Source of the DNA: Macrostomum lignano | Taxonomy: Eukaryota | Length of the DNA stretch: 64,000 nt | Assembly: GCA_002269645.1 (NCBI GenBank) | Contig: NIVC01001424.1 | Coordinates: 1 to 64,000 of the forward strand | Reading direction: 5' to 3' | In this document: piece after piece, positions 1 to 10,890 of the stretch | Position numbering within the stretch: position 1 is the first letter of the stretch | Layout: the number at the start of each line of letters is the position of its first letter | Translations under genes and position numbers: made by a program | Notes under the pieces: model-generated | What the model was told of the DNA's origin: nothing | The model's input: the letters and a program-made list of their open reading frames with translations, nothing else | Databases searched by the model: none

Positions 1-465
1 CGTGATTGAGATCGTCTTGTTGTACAACGAAACAAGAGACCTGGACGCTGACGGATTCGCTCGAACAGCAGATCGATGAGGCGCACGCTGGCCTGCTGCG
101 CGCCGCCTTCAAGCTCGACTACGAGCGAGTCACCAATGCGGCACTCTATCGCCGCACAGGCCTGTCCCGTCCCAGCGAACTGTTTGCGCCGTCGGCGACT
201 CCAGCTAGTAGGCCATTTTATCGAGCCGAGTCCTACTGCCCACAGCCGGTGCAGGAGGTGCTGCTGCTGACGCTACAGGCACCCTACCGGCAGGGGCAAG
301 CGCGTACTCGGCGTTTCGTTGGCTGCCTTCTGGCTGATGCTGGCGCCCCGTACACTGCCGGCGGGGCGGCTTACGTTCGCGCCCAGGCCTTGAAACGCGC
401 CATGTTACGTTGCCTGCTAACTGATTGACAACGTATTTTGTTGTGTTGTTGTATGCAGATGTCAA
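1..465 (+). mobile_element. Degenerate 3' end of an RTE-like non-LTR retrotransposon
   Basis: Across frames it reads VLLYN-ETWTLTDSLEQQIDEAHAGLLRAAF...RRRRLQLVGH...ESYCPQPVQEVLL, resembling the post-RT C-terminus of RTE elements. It is frameshifted and ends in a TTG-rich tail (~436-452). Confidence 0.6.
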
Positions 466-1839
466 AGGGAATGAATCAGATTTTCAAATTAGGTAATTGA
501 ACAAAATTCATTTTGCAAATTGGTTGTGAAAAGTTTTTGCTTGCAAAAGTTTTACTTTCAAAAGTTAATTTAGCCTGGGTTCATTCAACAGAGAATTATT
601 CAGTGAATAGTGAAAGAAACTTCTGCCTTAAAAGGTATTTTAAGTTGAGTTAATGGTTGTACAAATAATATGCTGTGTTGATAGCTGCCTCTCCTAATGG
701 TGGGTGAGTCTTCCGCAGATCCATTACTTCCTTAACAGCCAAAATGCTACGGGAAGCATCTACGAGCGTACGTGCTTCGCAATGCTTTCTGTTAAAAATT
801 TAAAACGTTTTGTATCCAGCTTGATGGAGTTTGCCGGTCTCGCTACAAATATTTCGACTTAACAAACATTTTAAGCGCTTTTTATCTCTCGCTTCGGTAA
901 GCAAAGTCGCTGTGTAATCAGGCTTGGCCTCCGCTCAGGCAGATTCAGTGCCGGATGAAGTCTGCTGCAACTTCTGTTGCCAGTGCTTGCTTCTTTGCAG
1001 AAGCGATAAGACGTGTTTCACCTGGCTCAGGTACTCGGAGCAGCAGCTAGGAATGCAGCTCTAGCAAGATGGTAAAATAACTAATGGAAGTTTCAGTGGC
1101 TCTGCAAAACTTTACTGCCGCATCCGGTACTACATACAACTATAGATCCAAAAAATTGTTATAGGCTTGTACATATACACTGAGCTGCTAAAGTTCTTTT
1201 GAATTACAATAAGCTAAATCAGTCTTCAGTTGTGATGGCGAATTCCAATTTCATTTTCACAAAGTTGCGCCCTTCGTAAAAGCTTCTGTCGCTTAGACAA
1301 TGGAAGTATAGTCATTGAAGTCCGTTGCATGTGCGCTTAATTCCAATATCATCCCAGAGAAACGTTAGGTAGACGCAAGCTGTTTCAAAATAAAAAGCTC
1401 AAGTTTTTCGCGAGAATGTAACATTTACATTTGAGAATGTAACACTTAGCAGAAAATCAATCGAATAACTGCCATGGCTCATAACCGAAGATCATAAAAA
1501 CACTCATATATACTCGTACATACATAGATCATATACCAGATCTATGCTCATAACAAGTCTTATCGGGAAGCTAAAATGAGCTGCAGTATTTGTCCATTCT
1601 GGGCGAATAAAGTTAGCAATCGCAGCCTTACTCAGAAACCGAATATATGCCAAGAGCATCTGGACACAACAGTACTACTATTTAGTATCAGTTAGTAGCA
1701 TAACTGTTACAGTATTGAGTCAACTGGTGTGTGCGCGATTTGCATCGGATTCGTCCTAGAAAAAAAACTAGTGAAAGCACGCGGCCGATGTGATTGGTTG
1801 CTGATCTGTTATCCACTACCAACTGGTTTCATACTAAGC

Positions 1840-1847
1840 TATATAAA
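1840..1847 (+). promoter_or_regulatory. TATA box of WSC gene 1
   Basis: TATATAAA about 50 nt upstream of the ATG at 1893. Confidence 0.5.
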
Positions 1848-1892
1848 CCCGACTAATTCCATTGACATAAAAAACTTTAAGTCGAGAGCAAC

Positions 1893-2684
1893 ATGGAACA
1901 GATATCGCGAATTTTGATTTTACTCGGCGCTCTGCTCACCTGTGCGACCTGCAGGTCTGTCAATTACTCCTACGTGGGTTGCTACGTGGACTACACGGGC
2001 AAGGCCAGAGACTTAGACGGACTGACTGGAGTCACCCAGCTGGGTCCGTTTGAGGTTCGCTCAGGCGACCCTCACATAAGAGCAAGCATGACTCTCGAGC
2101 TGTGCAGCAGCGCCTGCTCTCTGGGCGGATTCTCGTACTTCGGGGTGCAGGTTGGTGTCGAGTGCTTCTGCGGCAACTCAATCGGATCGCAGGGCAAAGG
2201 CAATGAGAGCGACTGCAACAGACAGTGCAGTGGAAACTCGCAGCAAATATGCGGAGGTCGATTTCGAAATTAGGTGTTCGCTCTGACCTACCCCTGTGAG
2301 TGACGGGCGATTAATCCATGGTCAAAAATAATTTTTAATCGACTAGCTCGTCTTTTGAGGCAGCTATTTATTTTTTCTCAAGACCTTATGAAATAGATAG
2401 CAGAAAAAACGTGGCTCTAAAACTTGTTTATGAATTTTTATTTCAGACCGTTACTACCTGGTTGAGAAGGACAACAGCCTCTTCGTCAAGACCAACAGCA
2501 CCAAGACCTCGTCCTGGCCGGCCGCTGTCCATTCTGTCGTAGACTGCCTTCTCCGGTGCAGCACCGCAGCCGACTGCCAGGCTGCCGTTTTCTCCGAGCG
2601 GCTGCTCGCCTGCCACCTGCTGGCGTTCGCCTACCGCCAGCCGGCCTGACCGGACCCGACTGGACTATCTACCAGCGTGGCTGA
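1893..2684 (+). pseudogene. WSC-PAN secreted protein gene 1, disrupted (exons 1893-2295, 2447-2684)
   Basis: Signal peptide plus WSC motifs (YVGCYVD, MTLELCSSAC, YFGVQ.G.EC.CG, CGG..RN). TAG at 2271-2273 replaces the S of RNSVF. Phase-1 GT-AG intron 2296-2446. Exon 2 encodes a PAN-like DCLLRCSTAADCQAAVF...CHLL and has a 1-nt loss near 2635. Confidence 0.85.
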
Positions 2685-3059
2685 GAGCAAAATTGGCTTG
2701 AGTCCTGCGACTGGAGTGTGTTGGCATGGAGAAGACGAATTATGAACTATGAACCACTTGATATGTTTTATTTTGGAAACATTAATGTAGATTTCCAGCA
2801 GTTACAATACCTAGGATTTCCTAAGACCCGTCAAAGTAATGGTTCTGTCTTGATTAAAGTAAATCACTGATTCCTTATCGGCCTATGGACTACCCGTTGT
2901 TAAACAACCGATTTCAATATAAACTAAAGAAGCCAGGGCGAATTCAATAAATTTTGCAAAACGGAATCTTTTCCTCCGCATCTGAAACGCGGATTAGTGG
3001 CTTGAGATAGAGTCTTTCACTATATATACTCGTATACAAACGAAACAATAATATTGCAA

Positions 3060-3295
3060 TGTTTATTCACAACAACAAAAACACCACTAAACAAGTTAAG
3101 GTCATGCAGTCAGGGTGAGCTTGATGGTGTGCCCAAAGGTCAGCAGCAGGACGTCCTGAATAGAGGCTGGGGCATAGCTCTGGGCCCAGTTATCAGCAGG
3201 GACACTTTCTAGACCAGTTGGAGTCGCCGACGACGCCAAAATCCGCTTGGATGGACCGGCGATACCGTCGCGTGTTGGTGATTTGGTCAACTTAA
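3060..3295 (-). mobile_element. Degenerate RTE-like LINE 3' fragment
   Basis: Minus strand has CGTCGTCGGCGACTCCAACTGG (RRRRLQL) and QSYAPASIQDVLLLT, homologous to the fragment at 1-465. Confidence 0.55.
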
Positions 3296-3525
3296 CTTAG
3301 TAACAAACGTAAGCCCTGAGCATCGGCAGCACATCTATTTTGCTTACACAAAGTTTCTACATTTTTTAGAAAAAGTAAAATTTCTCAAGTACTTTTGTTT
3401 GAATTGTTTGAGTTGTCCAGGCCTGACCAGCGACTGGTGCATCTAGAGGGCTAGGGATAAAAAGGCTGCTACGGTCCTCTTTTTCAATTCTGGGAAATGC
3501 GGACTTGCTTTCCACTGGATTTCCA

Positions 3526-3606
3526 ATCTAATCTAATCTAATCTAATCTAATCTAATCTAATCTATCTATCTATCTATCTCTCTATCTATCTATCTCTCT
3601 ATCTAT
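3526..3606. repeat. Compound microsatellite (AATCT)n-(CTAT)n
   Basis: Directly visible. Confidence 0.95.
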
Positions 3607-4024
3607 GTTCTATGTATTCCGTGTACTGCACGTAGAGCACTGTCATATTGTTATAGTTAAGTTAAGAAAAATTAACCAACCACAAAGATTGAGTCATTCA
3701 GGTTCAAATCCAGTAGAACAGAAGTCAGACCAACCCATTGACGAACTTTCATTTTCACTTTCTTCATTGATGAATGCTTTCCTTCATTATTCTTGTTTCC
3801 ACAAGTTGAGCATTTTTGGGGCTGAACCCGTAAATCTTACAAATTGCCCTGGAGGGCCTGTGCAGGTTTACGGACTTCAATACATTCTTGTCTCCAAGAT
3901 TTTACCTTGATAAACTTTCAAATCAGAAAGTAAAACAAACTAGACACGCATATTATAAACTTCTGACGATACTGTGAGTCCTTGTCTAGTATGCTTTATT
4001 AGTTCTTGGTCAGCTCTTGACTTC

Positions 4025-4200
4025 GCCTGCATGTTGTAGCCTATTGCATAGAGCGTCGGACTCATGACTAAAAGGTCGGGGGTTCGATTTTCGACCCACT
4101 CGGAACAATTTGTGTCCTTGAGCATGACACTTAACTCTGCATTGCTTCAGTTCACCCAGCTGTAAAATGGGCGCCAGCATTAGCTGGGGTAATTGAGGGT
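4025..4200 (+). mobile_element. tRNA-derived SINE with a CORE-like central domain
   Basis: tRNA-like head with B box GGTTCGATT, followed by GTGTCCTTGAGCATGACACTTAAC...CTTCAGTTCACCCAGCTGTAAAATGGG, which resembles the MIR CORE consensus. Confidence 0.7.
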
Positions 4201-4809
4201 GTGTCCTGGGACCCCCCTCCAGTCCTTCAGTTGCCAAGCCTTCGTAGACTTTGATGCCAAAGCTCACAGGTGATGCTGACATCTTGGACTCCATAGCTGA
4301 ATTTTTGAGCTGATGCTTTGCTCTAGACATCAGTTTCCTGAGGATACTACTCGTACCAAATAGCAACCTAAATGGTCAAAACCAAAATGTAGTTGATTAA
4401 AAAATTATATTGCTTTCTTAAATTGTTGCCTCCCAACAGGGACGGCGCAGATTGCTAGCGGGAGGCTACACAGGGGGTATGTTCCAGCGGCCCAGGCTCG
4501 ATTCCAAATGCAGTCACATTGGAATCTTGGCTTGGCTCTGCTCGTGCAATTAACGTCCTTGCGGGCCAACCCCCGAGGCATACTGCATCCTAACGATAAT
4601 AAAGTTCTGTGTGAGTGCATATGTGCCTGTGCGTATGACTGCGTACGTATCCGCGTGTTGCCTTTTCTGCATTGGAAAAATGGAGAATTTCCTGCAAAGC
4701 TTCGCTAGGGTTTCTCAAATTTTGACAATTCATTTCACTTTCTTGAAAAAAGTATACCCAATATTAATTTTTATACTCTCCACCAGTCTCTAAATTTACT
4801 TTGTAGAAG

Positions 4810-5700
4810 CCACGCAACTTTATCCAGAAATGTAGAGAGAGAATTGTGCAACTACCTTTAGATTCATTTGTTCCCATTCTACTGTAAACCAGGTCGGGCT
4901 TCATTATTTGAGCCAAATTCAGATCCGGTTGTGAAACTTAATAAGAAATCAACATGCAACAGCGACTTGTGTGAGAGTTTGCATTCGGCCATCATCGGGT
5001 TTGGTGCGACATGTAAACATTTATCTTGGCAACTGCAAACTCTGATATTTAACGCTGATTTAGTCGGGGCTAACAAAAAGTTTTCCCAGCGAGTTCAGTT
5101 TTTATTGAACTCTAAAAAAATGAAGGATTTGTCTTTTATCAAAATTAAAACTAGTCTGCTAAATCGTCTGAACAGCACTGCAGGGGCTCTGCGAAATGCT
5201 TTGGCTCATGGTGGGAATAGCTGAGATGTCAAGGGGGACATTGCTGAAATGCTGTGGCTCATAGGGGGAGGAGTTGCTCAGATGCCGAGGGTTAATTTGG
5301 AATTTTTGGTATTCCTTTATTTGTTGCCTCCCCAAACAAAAATGAAGGCGCCGATTGATAGTATCTTCTATTTGCTGATTGAGAAAGGGTTTTGGGTAGA
5401 TGAAGGAAACTTTTTTGGCTCATGAAATTTTTATTCATGGCAACTTGGCGTCATTTTTAAGGCCCCCCAGCGGGGGCTAAATGGCTAGTCTAAATTTCTA
5501 AATCTTTCCGGGTGATGCATTGTCAGTGTTACATGTAGAATTATAGGTGCTAAAAAACTTAAACCTTTGCAATGATCAGTTTCAGGCTGAACTAAAATTA
5601 TTCTATCGTTCAAAGGCTCCACTACAGCTCTTATAATTTTTGTCTATGGTAAATTCGCCAATATGACGACTCTTCGTGTTGTTTTATCCGATTTTATTCA
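4810..5700 (+). repeat. Dispersed repeat, copy 1 (second copy ~8165-8795)
   Basis: Shared blocks such as TTATCCAGAAATGTAGAGA, AAATTCAGATCCGGT, GGCAACTGCAAACTCTG and TGTCTATGGTAAATTC. Confidence 0.75.
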
Positions 5701-6002
5701 GGCTTGTCAGTTTGAACAAGCAGTGACAGTGGGAAAAACCTCGAAATTAACAAAACTTCATGGCTTTGAAGTTACGAGGGTATTTTTGGAGCTTACTTGT
5801 ACTGTGTTACTTGAGGAGTAGTTTGCTGGGAGTACATGTAGTTTGAAGTGGAAAACTTCTAAAAAATTAATTTCTAAATTAAAACCTTATTGTTTCAAAG
5901 CCAATTTAAAAACAATTATCTTCCCTTCCATCTGAAAAATTAGCCAGAAGTTTTGGTTTCTTTTTCACATCGGATCGATAGCCTGGCAGGATAAAAAGTC
6001 AG

Positions 6003-6710
6003 TCAGCAACGCACGAAGTAGTCTCCATCGGTGCTGCTCAGACTGGCAGGCGGGTAGGCGAACCTCAGCAGGTGGCACAGACGCTGCTGGCCAGAGAAAA
6101 TCGCAGCCTGGCAGTCAGCTGAGGCCTCGCACAGCCCCATGCACTCGATGTCGGTTCGGGCAGCGCTGGTCCAGTAGGTGCTCTGGGTGGACTCCACCGT
6201 CTGGTTGGGCATCTGCGACTGCTTGAAATACTTTTTATCTGTAAAAATACAAACTGGCTTTAACAAAATTGGCAAAAATTTGTTTGAAAATTCTTTAAAA
6301 ATTGTAGAAGGCCCACCTGGGTCGGCCAAAGCGAACATGGAGTTGCGCCACCGACCCCCACATTTAGCAGCTCCGTTCCCAGTGCAGACGCGGTTGCAGT
6401 CGGTCTCGCTAGCAGCTCTCAAAGATCCGTAGGAGGTGCCGCAGGAGCAAAACAGACCGAACTGCACCCCGAAGTACGGGAAGCCGCCGAGAGAGCAGAC
6501 GCTGCTGCAGAGCTCGTGAGTCATACTGGCGCTTCTCACCCCAAGACTGTCAGTGCTAAACTGTCCAATTCTGCTCACTCCAGTGAGTCCTCTCAGGTCT
6601 CTGCCTCGATTGTCCACAAAGCAGCCAATGTAGGACACCTGAGTTACTCTATTGGCGGCACAGAGCACCTTGACGGCGAGACCCACAATGCAGACGAAAG
6701 TCTTGAGCAT
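6003..6710 (-). CDS. WSC-PAN secreted protein A, intact (exons 6710-6317, 6238-6003; 209 aa)
   Basis: Signal peptide, complete WSC Cys pattern and PAN-like exon 2 (CMGLCEASADCQAAIF...CHLL). The 78-nt phase-1 GT-AG intron is in frame, so the ORF track reads through it. Confidence 0.9.
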   Translation of the reverse strand: MLKTFVCIVGLAVKVLCAANRVTQVSYIGCFVDNRGRDLRGLTGVSRIGQFSTDSLGVRSASMTHELCSSVCSLGGFPYFGVQFGLFCSCGTSYGSLRAASETDCNRVCTGNGAAKCGGRWRNSMFALADPGGPSTIFKEFSNKFLPILLKPVCIFTDKKYFKQSQMPNQTVESTQSTYWTSAARTDIECMGLCEASADCQAAIFSGQQRLCHLLRFAYPPASLSSTDGDYFVRC

Positions 6711-6788
6711 TGCTACTTGAGTAGCTGGGATTTTAGTTCTGCCGTTGGTCTTACTAGTGCAGTAGGCGATAAAAGCTGTGTTTGTCTG

Positions 6789-6796
6789 CTTTTATA
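6789..6796 (-). promoter_or_regulatory. TATA box of WSC gene A
   Basis: TATAAAAG on the minus strand about 80 nt upstream of the ATG; the same motif precedes genes C and C'. Confidence 0.55.
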
Positions 6797-7050
6797 CCGG
6801 TTTTTAGAGACAATCTGGTTGGTTAAAAGCCAGTAAACTAATGAGCTCAATGTACTACTTAAAGTGGCATACCTAAATTGATATTGATGGTAGTTTTAAC
6901 TTCAGTTGATGAGATTCTCTGACCATCAGGTTCAGGCAGTGGCTTTTGATTCTCGCAAGTAAAATACAATGCTTTTTTCGTTTGTGTTTCGTCCAAATGA
7001 ACGATTCAAGAAACAACTTGATGCAATAACTAAAAATGAGCAATGGTAGA

Positions 7051-7156
7051 TTGTATAGTATGCAACTGAGTTGAATAATGGCCAAAACTCGAGTGCGCGT
7101 AGCGCGTAGCGCACTCGAGTTTTGGCCATTATTTAACTCAGTTGCATACTATACAA
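7051..7156. repeat. Long palindrome (48-bp arms, 10-nt loop)
   Basis: TTGTATAGTATGCAACTGAGTTGAATAATGGCCAAAACTCGAGTGCGC is followed by its reverse complement with one mismatch. Confidence 0.9.
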
Positions 7157-7297
7157 GTGCATTGTATTGATACTTTCACTCAGCGCTCAGTCATTGTGTC
7201 ATGCTGTACGCTCATTATTCCACGCTTAGGGATCATTATTTTAGGCTTCTAAAAATACATTCATGAGACAATGTGTTTGTGTATATGGTTTTGTCAT

Positions 7298-7359
7298 AGA
7301 CAATGATAAATTTTAGTCACTCGTGGCTTCGCCACTCGTGAAAATTTTATCATTGTCTA
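7298..7359. repeat. Second hairpin (18-bp outer arms)
   Basis: TAGACAATGATAAATTTT ... AAAATTTTATCATTGTCTA around an inner GTGGC-TTC-GCCAC stem. Confidence 0.75.
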
Positions 7360-8164
7360 CCTCCAAAACCATATACACAATCTATCATTATTCCACACTT
7401 TTGCGGCATTATTCCACACTTTTGTCGCTGTCATTATTCCACACTTTTTATCATGCTTCATTTGGCTGTTTTAAGAGTTGTTTTACCCAAAGACAACTGA
7501 GTTGTGTGGCTTAGTTTCACCATAGACAACACTGTGATGAGTGCTGATTTTGCTTGGGTCTTGCAAGAAATCAGGAAAGCGAGTAGTGGGAGAAAAAGCT
7601 ATTTGTCTTGTCAAACAACTATGGCTCTAGTGCATCTCGTCAAACAGCCGCGCTTATTAATTGAAAAAATCTTCCTGTCGACGACTGAACGAACCATGCG
7701 GTGCTACCTAGGAAGAAAACTCGACCATGCAGTCTTCAACGCCTCGACGGCTATAAACGATGCCTGAAAGCGGCCAATCGATTCAGTCGAGCAGCCGACA
7801 GTCCCAAAGAATCCCAGCTTGGATACTGCGGTACCAAAGAAGCTCATCAGACGAAGCTCATCAGTCGCATGCCAACTTAACCAAGACGTGCATCTTTCAA
7901 ATGGTAAGTTCGGCAACTATACTTAAGCACCTGTATTCCTCTTTCATAGAAAACATTCAACATAGACCAACTCCTTTTGCAGTGCCAAATCATCAGGCTA
8001 AAGTGTCGAGCATCTTTGAAAACTGCGGCTTTGTATGGTACACATCAAAACTGTGGAATAATGGCCAAAATATTTTTTCATTGCGTCTGGGTAAAAGTAT
8101 AATTACAATGAGACAGCAATGATTTACATTGTAGGACCTGATCTGTATGCTGCAGTGCACGCCT

Positions 8165-8795
8165 ACGCAGCTTTATCCAGAAATGTAGAGAAAGTGTGCA
8201 AATCGTGTTAGAGTAATTTTTCCTATATAAACCCAAGTAAGGCTTCGCTATTTGAGCAAAATTCAGATCCGGTCGTGAAACTCGAATAAGAAATCAACAT
8301 GTAGCAGCAGCTCTACTTGTGAGAGTTCGCATCCGACCTCGGGGTTGGTGCGATATGCAAACATTTATCTCGGCAACTGCAAACTCTGGTACAAATATCG
8401 CAAGGGGGGAGTTGCTGAGATTCCTCCATTTTTTAGCACACTTCTATATGAATAGAAACTGTACAAGGTCAAAATCTGCATGTAGTTTATTCAAACATTT
8501 TATTCCTTTCTTTGTTGACTCCCTAACACAGGAAGGCAGATTGCTAGTATCTTCTATAAGCTTTCTTTAATCTTTTAGAAGACGATTGAACAGAAAATTT
8601 CAAAAATTCAGAAGGTGATTTAGCTACTCGTACATGTAGCTAGTAGGTGCTAAACAACTTAAATCTCTGCGATTATCAATTTCAGACTTTATTTCAATCA
8701 GTCTATGGTTCAAAGGCTCCGCACTGCTGTTATAATTTCTTGTCTATGGTAAATTCACAAATATGGCGACTCTTCTTGTTGTTTTATCCATGAAT
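8165..8795 (+). repeat. Dispersed repeat, copy 2 (paralog of 4810-5700)
   Basis: Colinear similarity with internal deletions. Confidence 0.7.
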
Positions 8796-8957
8796 GATTT
8801 GGTCAAATCTGAACCAATCTGCACCAACCACACCAATTTAAATAAAGAAAAAAGCAAATCACGTTTAAGTTTAATCAAGTGTAAGTTTGTTTTAGGCTTA
8901 ATTTTATCAGCATTATTGTCCAATATTTATCGAGTACGAGTCCCTACTATGAAGCCA

Positions 8958-9705
8958 TCAAGCGCGGGGGAAGAACTCCCCAGTCACGTTCGCCAGAGAC
9001 GGCGGCACTCCAGCAAACGGCAGCAGGTAGCACAGGCGCTGATGTTGCGAGAGCAACACAGCTTGACATTCGTTGGTTGTGCTGCACTCATTCAGGCAGG
9101 TCATCAGACTGCATGCCGCGGTAAGCCGGTCGAGGGAAAGAATCTCAGACAGTGAAGCTGGCGCGATCCACAGCGACGTTGAAGCTTTTCATTGCTGAAA
9201 AGTGGCAGTATACTGGTAGTTCTTGTATAGTAATTATATATTCTGTAACAGTTCTTGACAATCTTGAGAGAAGACATTGGACGAAGCAAAATATTTACAA
9301 TGCTATAAGCGATTCTTGGATCTGGTCCGCCGCAGATGTCGCTCGATTGACTGGCGCAGTTCACGAAGCATTGGTCTGTGCTGGCCGCTCCTTGCGAGCC
9401 GTACGAGAGCCCGCGGTAGCACTCCTTGCCGAACTGCACGCCGAAGTACGGGAAGCCGCCCAGAGAGCAGATGCGGCTGCACAGTTACAGCGTCATGGAC
9501 GTGTTGGAGACGCGGCCGGTGGAGTGCACGGAAAACTCGGCCAGGCTCTGCACTCCCTGCAGTCCGGAAGGTCCCTGGCACCGTCTCTCGCGTCTACGTA
9601 GCATCCGAGATATTCAAATCGGGCGAGTCTCCTAGCAGCGCACAGAAGCAAGAGGCACAGGGACAGCGCCATGAAAATCAATTGCCGGTTTCTCAGTGCC
9701 TTCAT
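8958..9705 (-). pseudogene. WSC-PAN gene B, disrupted
   Basis: MKALRNRQLIFMALSLCLLLLCAARRLARFEYLGCYVD...RDL is followed by a frameshift and an in-frame TAA (MTL*LCSRIC). The PAN exon (CLNECSTTNECQAVLL...CYLL) is also shifted. Confidence 0.85.
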
Positions 9706-10890
9706 GGTCTCCAGCGACAAGCAGCAGTACTGCGTTTTGTCCTGTTTCTCTGGAGAAGCTTCTGTCAAATCAGCTCGGGAGTGAAGCGAATTTATCCCCA
9801 ACTGCCGAATGAGTGAAAGACCACGGTAAACAACTCAAACCTACTGGCTGACGAGTTCGTTAATCCAAATGGATGGTAAAAAAGTCACTTATGAAAAACA
9901 AAAGGAGACAATTCTGATAGAATTAATTTGCATATCTACTAATAAAGGACTGATTAAATATTTGCTGCATGTTTGTAGTTAAGTAACCTAAAAGCCGGAG
10001 GTTTGCATTCCAATCGATTAGCTCGCATGGCGGCCTCTCAGACGCGTCAATATCTTTCCCAAGCTCCAGATGCTTGTATTCCACTCTAGTAGCTCGAATG
10101 ACTGCCTCTCAGGTGCGTTAATGTATTTCTCAAGCTCCAGAACCTTGATGCCAATTAAAATGGAGTGTGCTATTCATCGCATTCAGCTGACTTGCAGAAC
10201 TTTTTGTGTAATTCTAAAGCAGCTTATAATGAAAGCTCGCTCTGGAAGAGTGACTATCGAAATGAAGCCAACGCTTCAAAGTCCAGAATTTTTTATCCTT
10301 AGTGGACTCTTGAGTATAGCAAATTATAGGCTGAGCCCACTTGAGTGTGAGAAGTCGTTGCGACAGAGTTGCATTCGAAGCACCTTTTATCGAGGGAGCA
10401 CTTTAATTATCTTTCATCATTTTGGATTTCGGTTGAAGTTCGGTTGCGAGCATATAGCACACACTGATAACAATACGAGCGTAATGTAGCAAATTGTACA
10501 CATCATGCGACGGCCATGGACACAGGCACAGCACATGACAAGACTATAGAGAGCAACTTCATTCTAATTGAAACTAAGAGAAACACACTGGAAAATCACG
10601 TGATTTGATATTTCAGTTTTTTGGGTCCTGTTGTCTTATGCTTGTCTTACGCTCTCGTTATCCTATTCTCTTGATCGCTTGAAGAAATCTTGTTTTCTTT
10701 ATCTATATTGTTCGCTAGCTCCCTCAAGTAGGTCCGACTTTGACTTGTGATAGCAGTATTGCTTCCATATTTTCAATCCAAAGCCTATTAAATAGAAAAA
10801 AGATGCACCTCCCGAGTTTTTAGTCTCTACTGTATACGCTTATAATTGGTAATTTGGCCCATAGAAACGCAATCTGAAATCAATCTTTAG

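Noticed and set aside
6789-6796. Idea that the Polinton TBP specifically regulates the neighbouring TATA-containing WSC genes
   Set aside because: TATAAAAG is a generic Pol II TATA box, and proximity alone gives no support.
7500-8122. Possible degenerate transposase or tyrosine-recombinase coding remnant next to the hairpins
   Set aside because: No catalytic motif recognisable in any frame.
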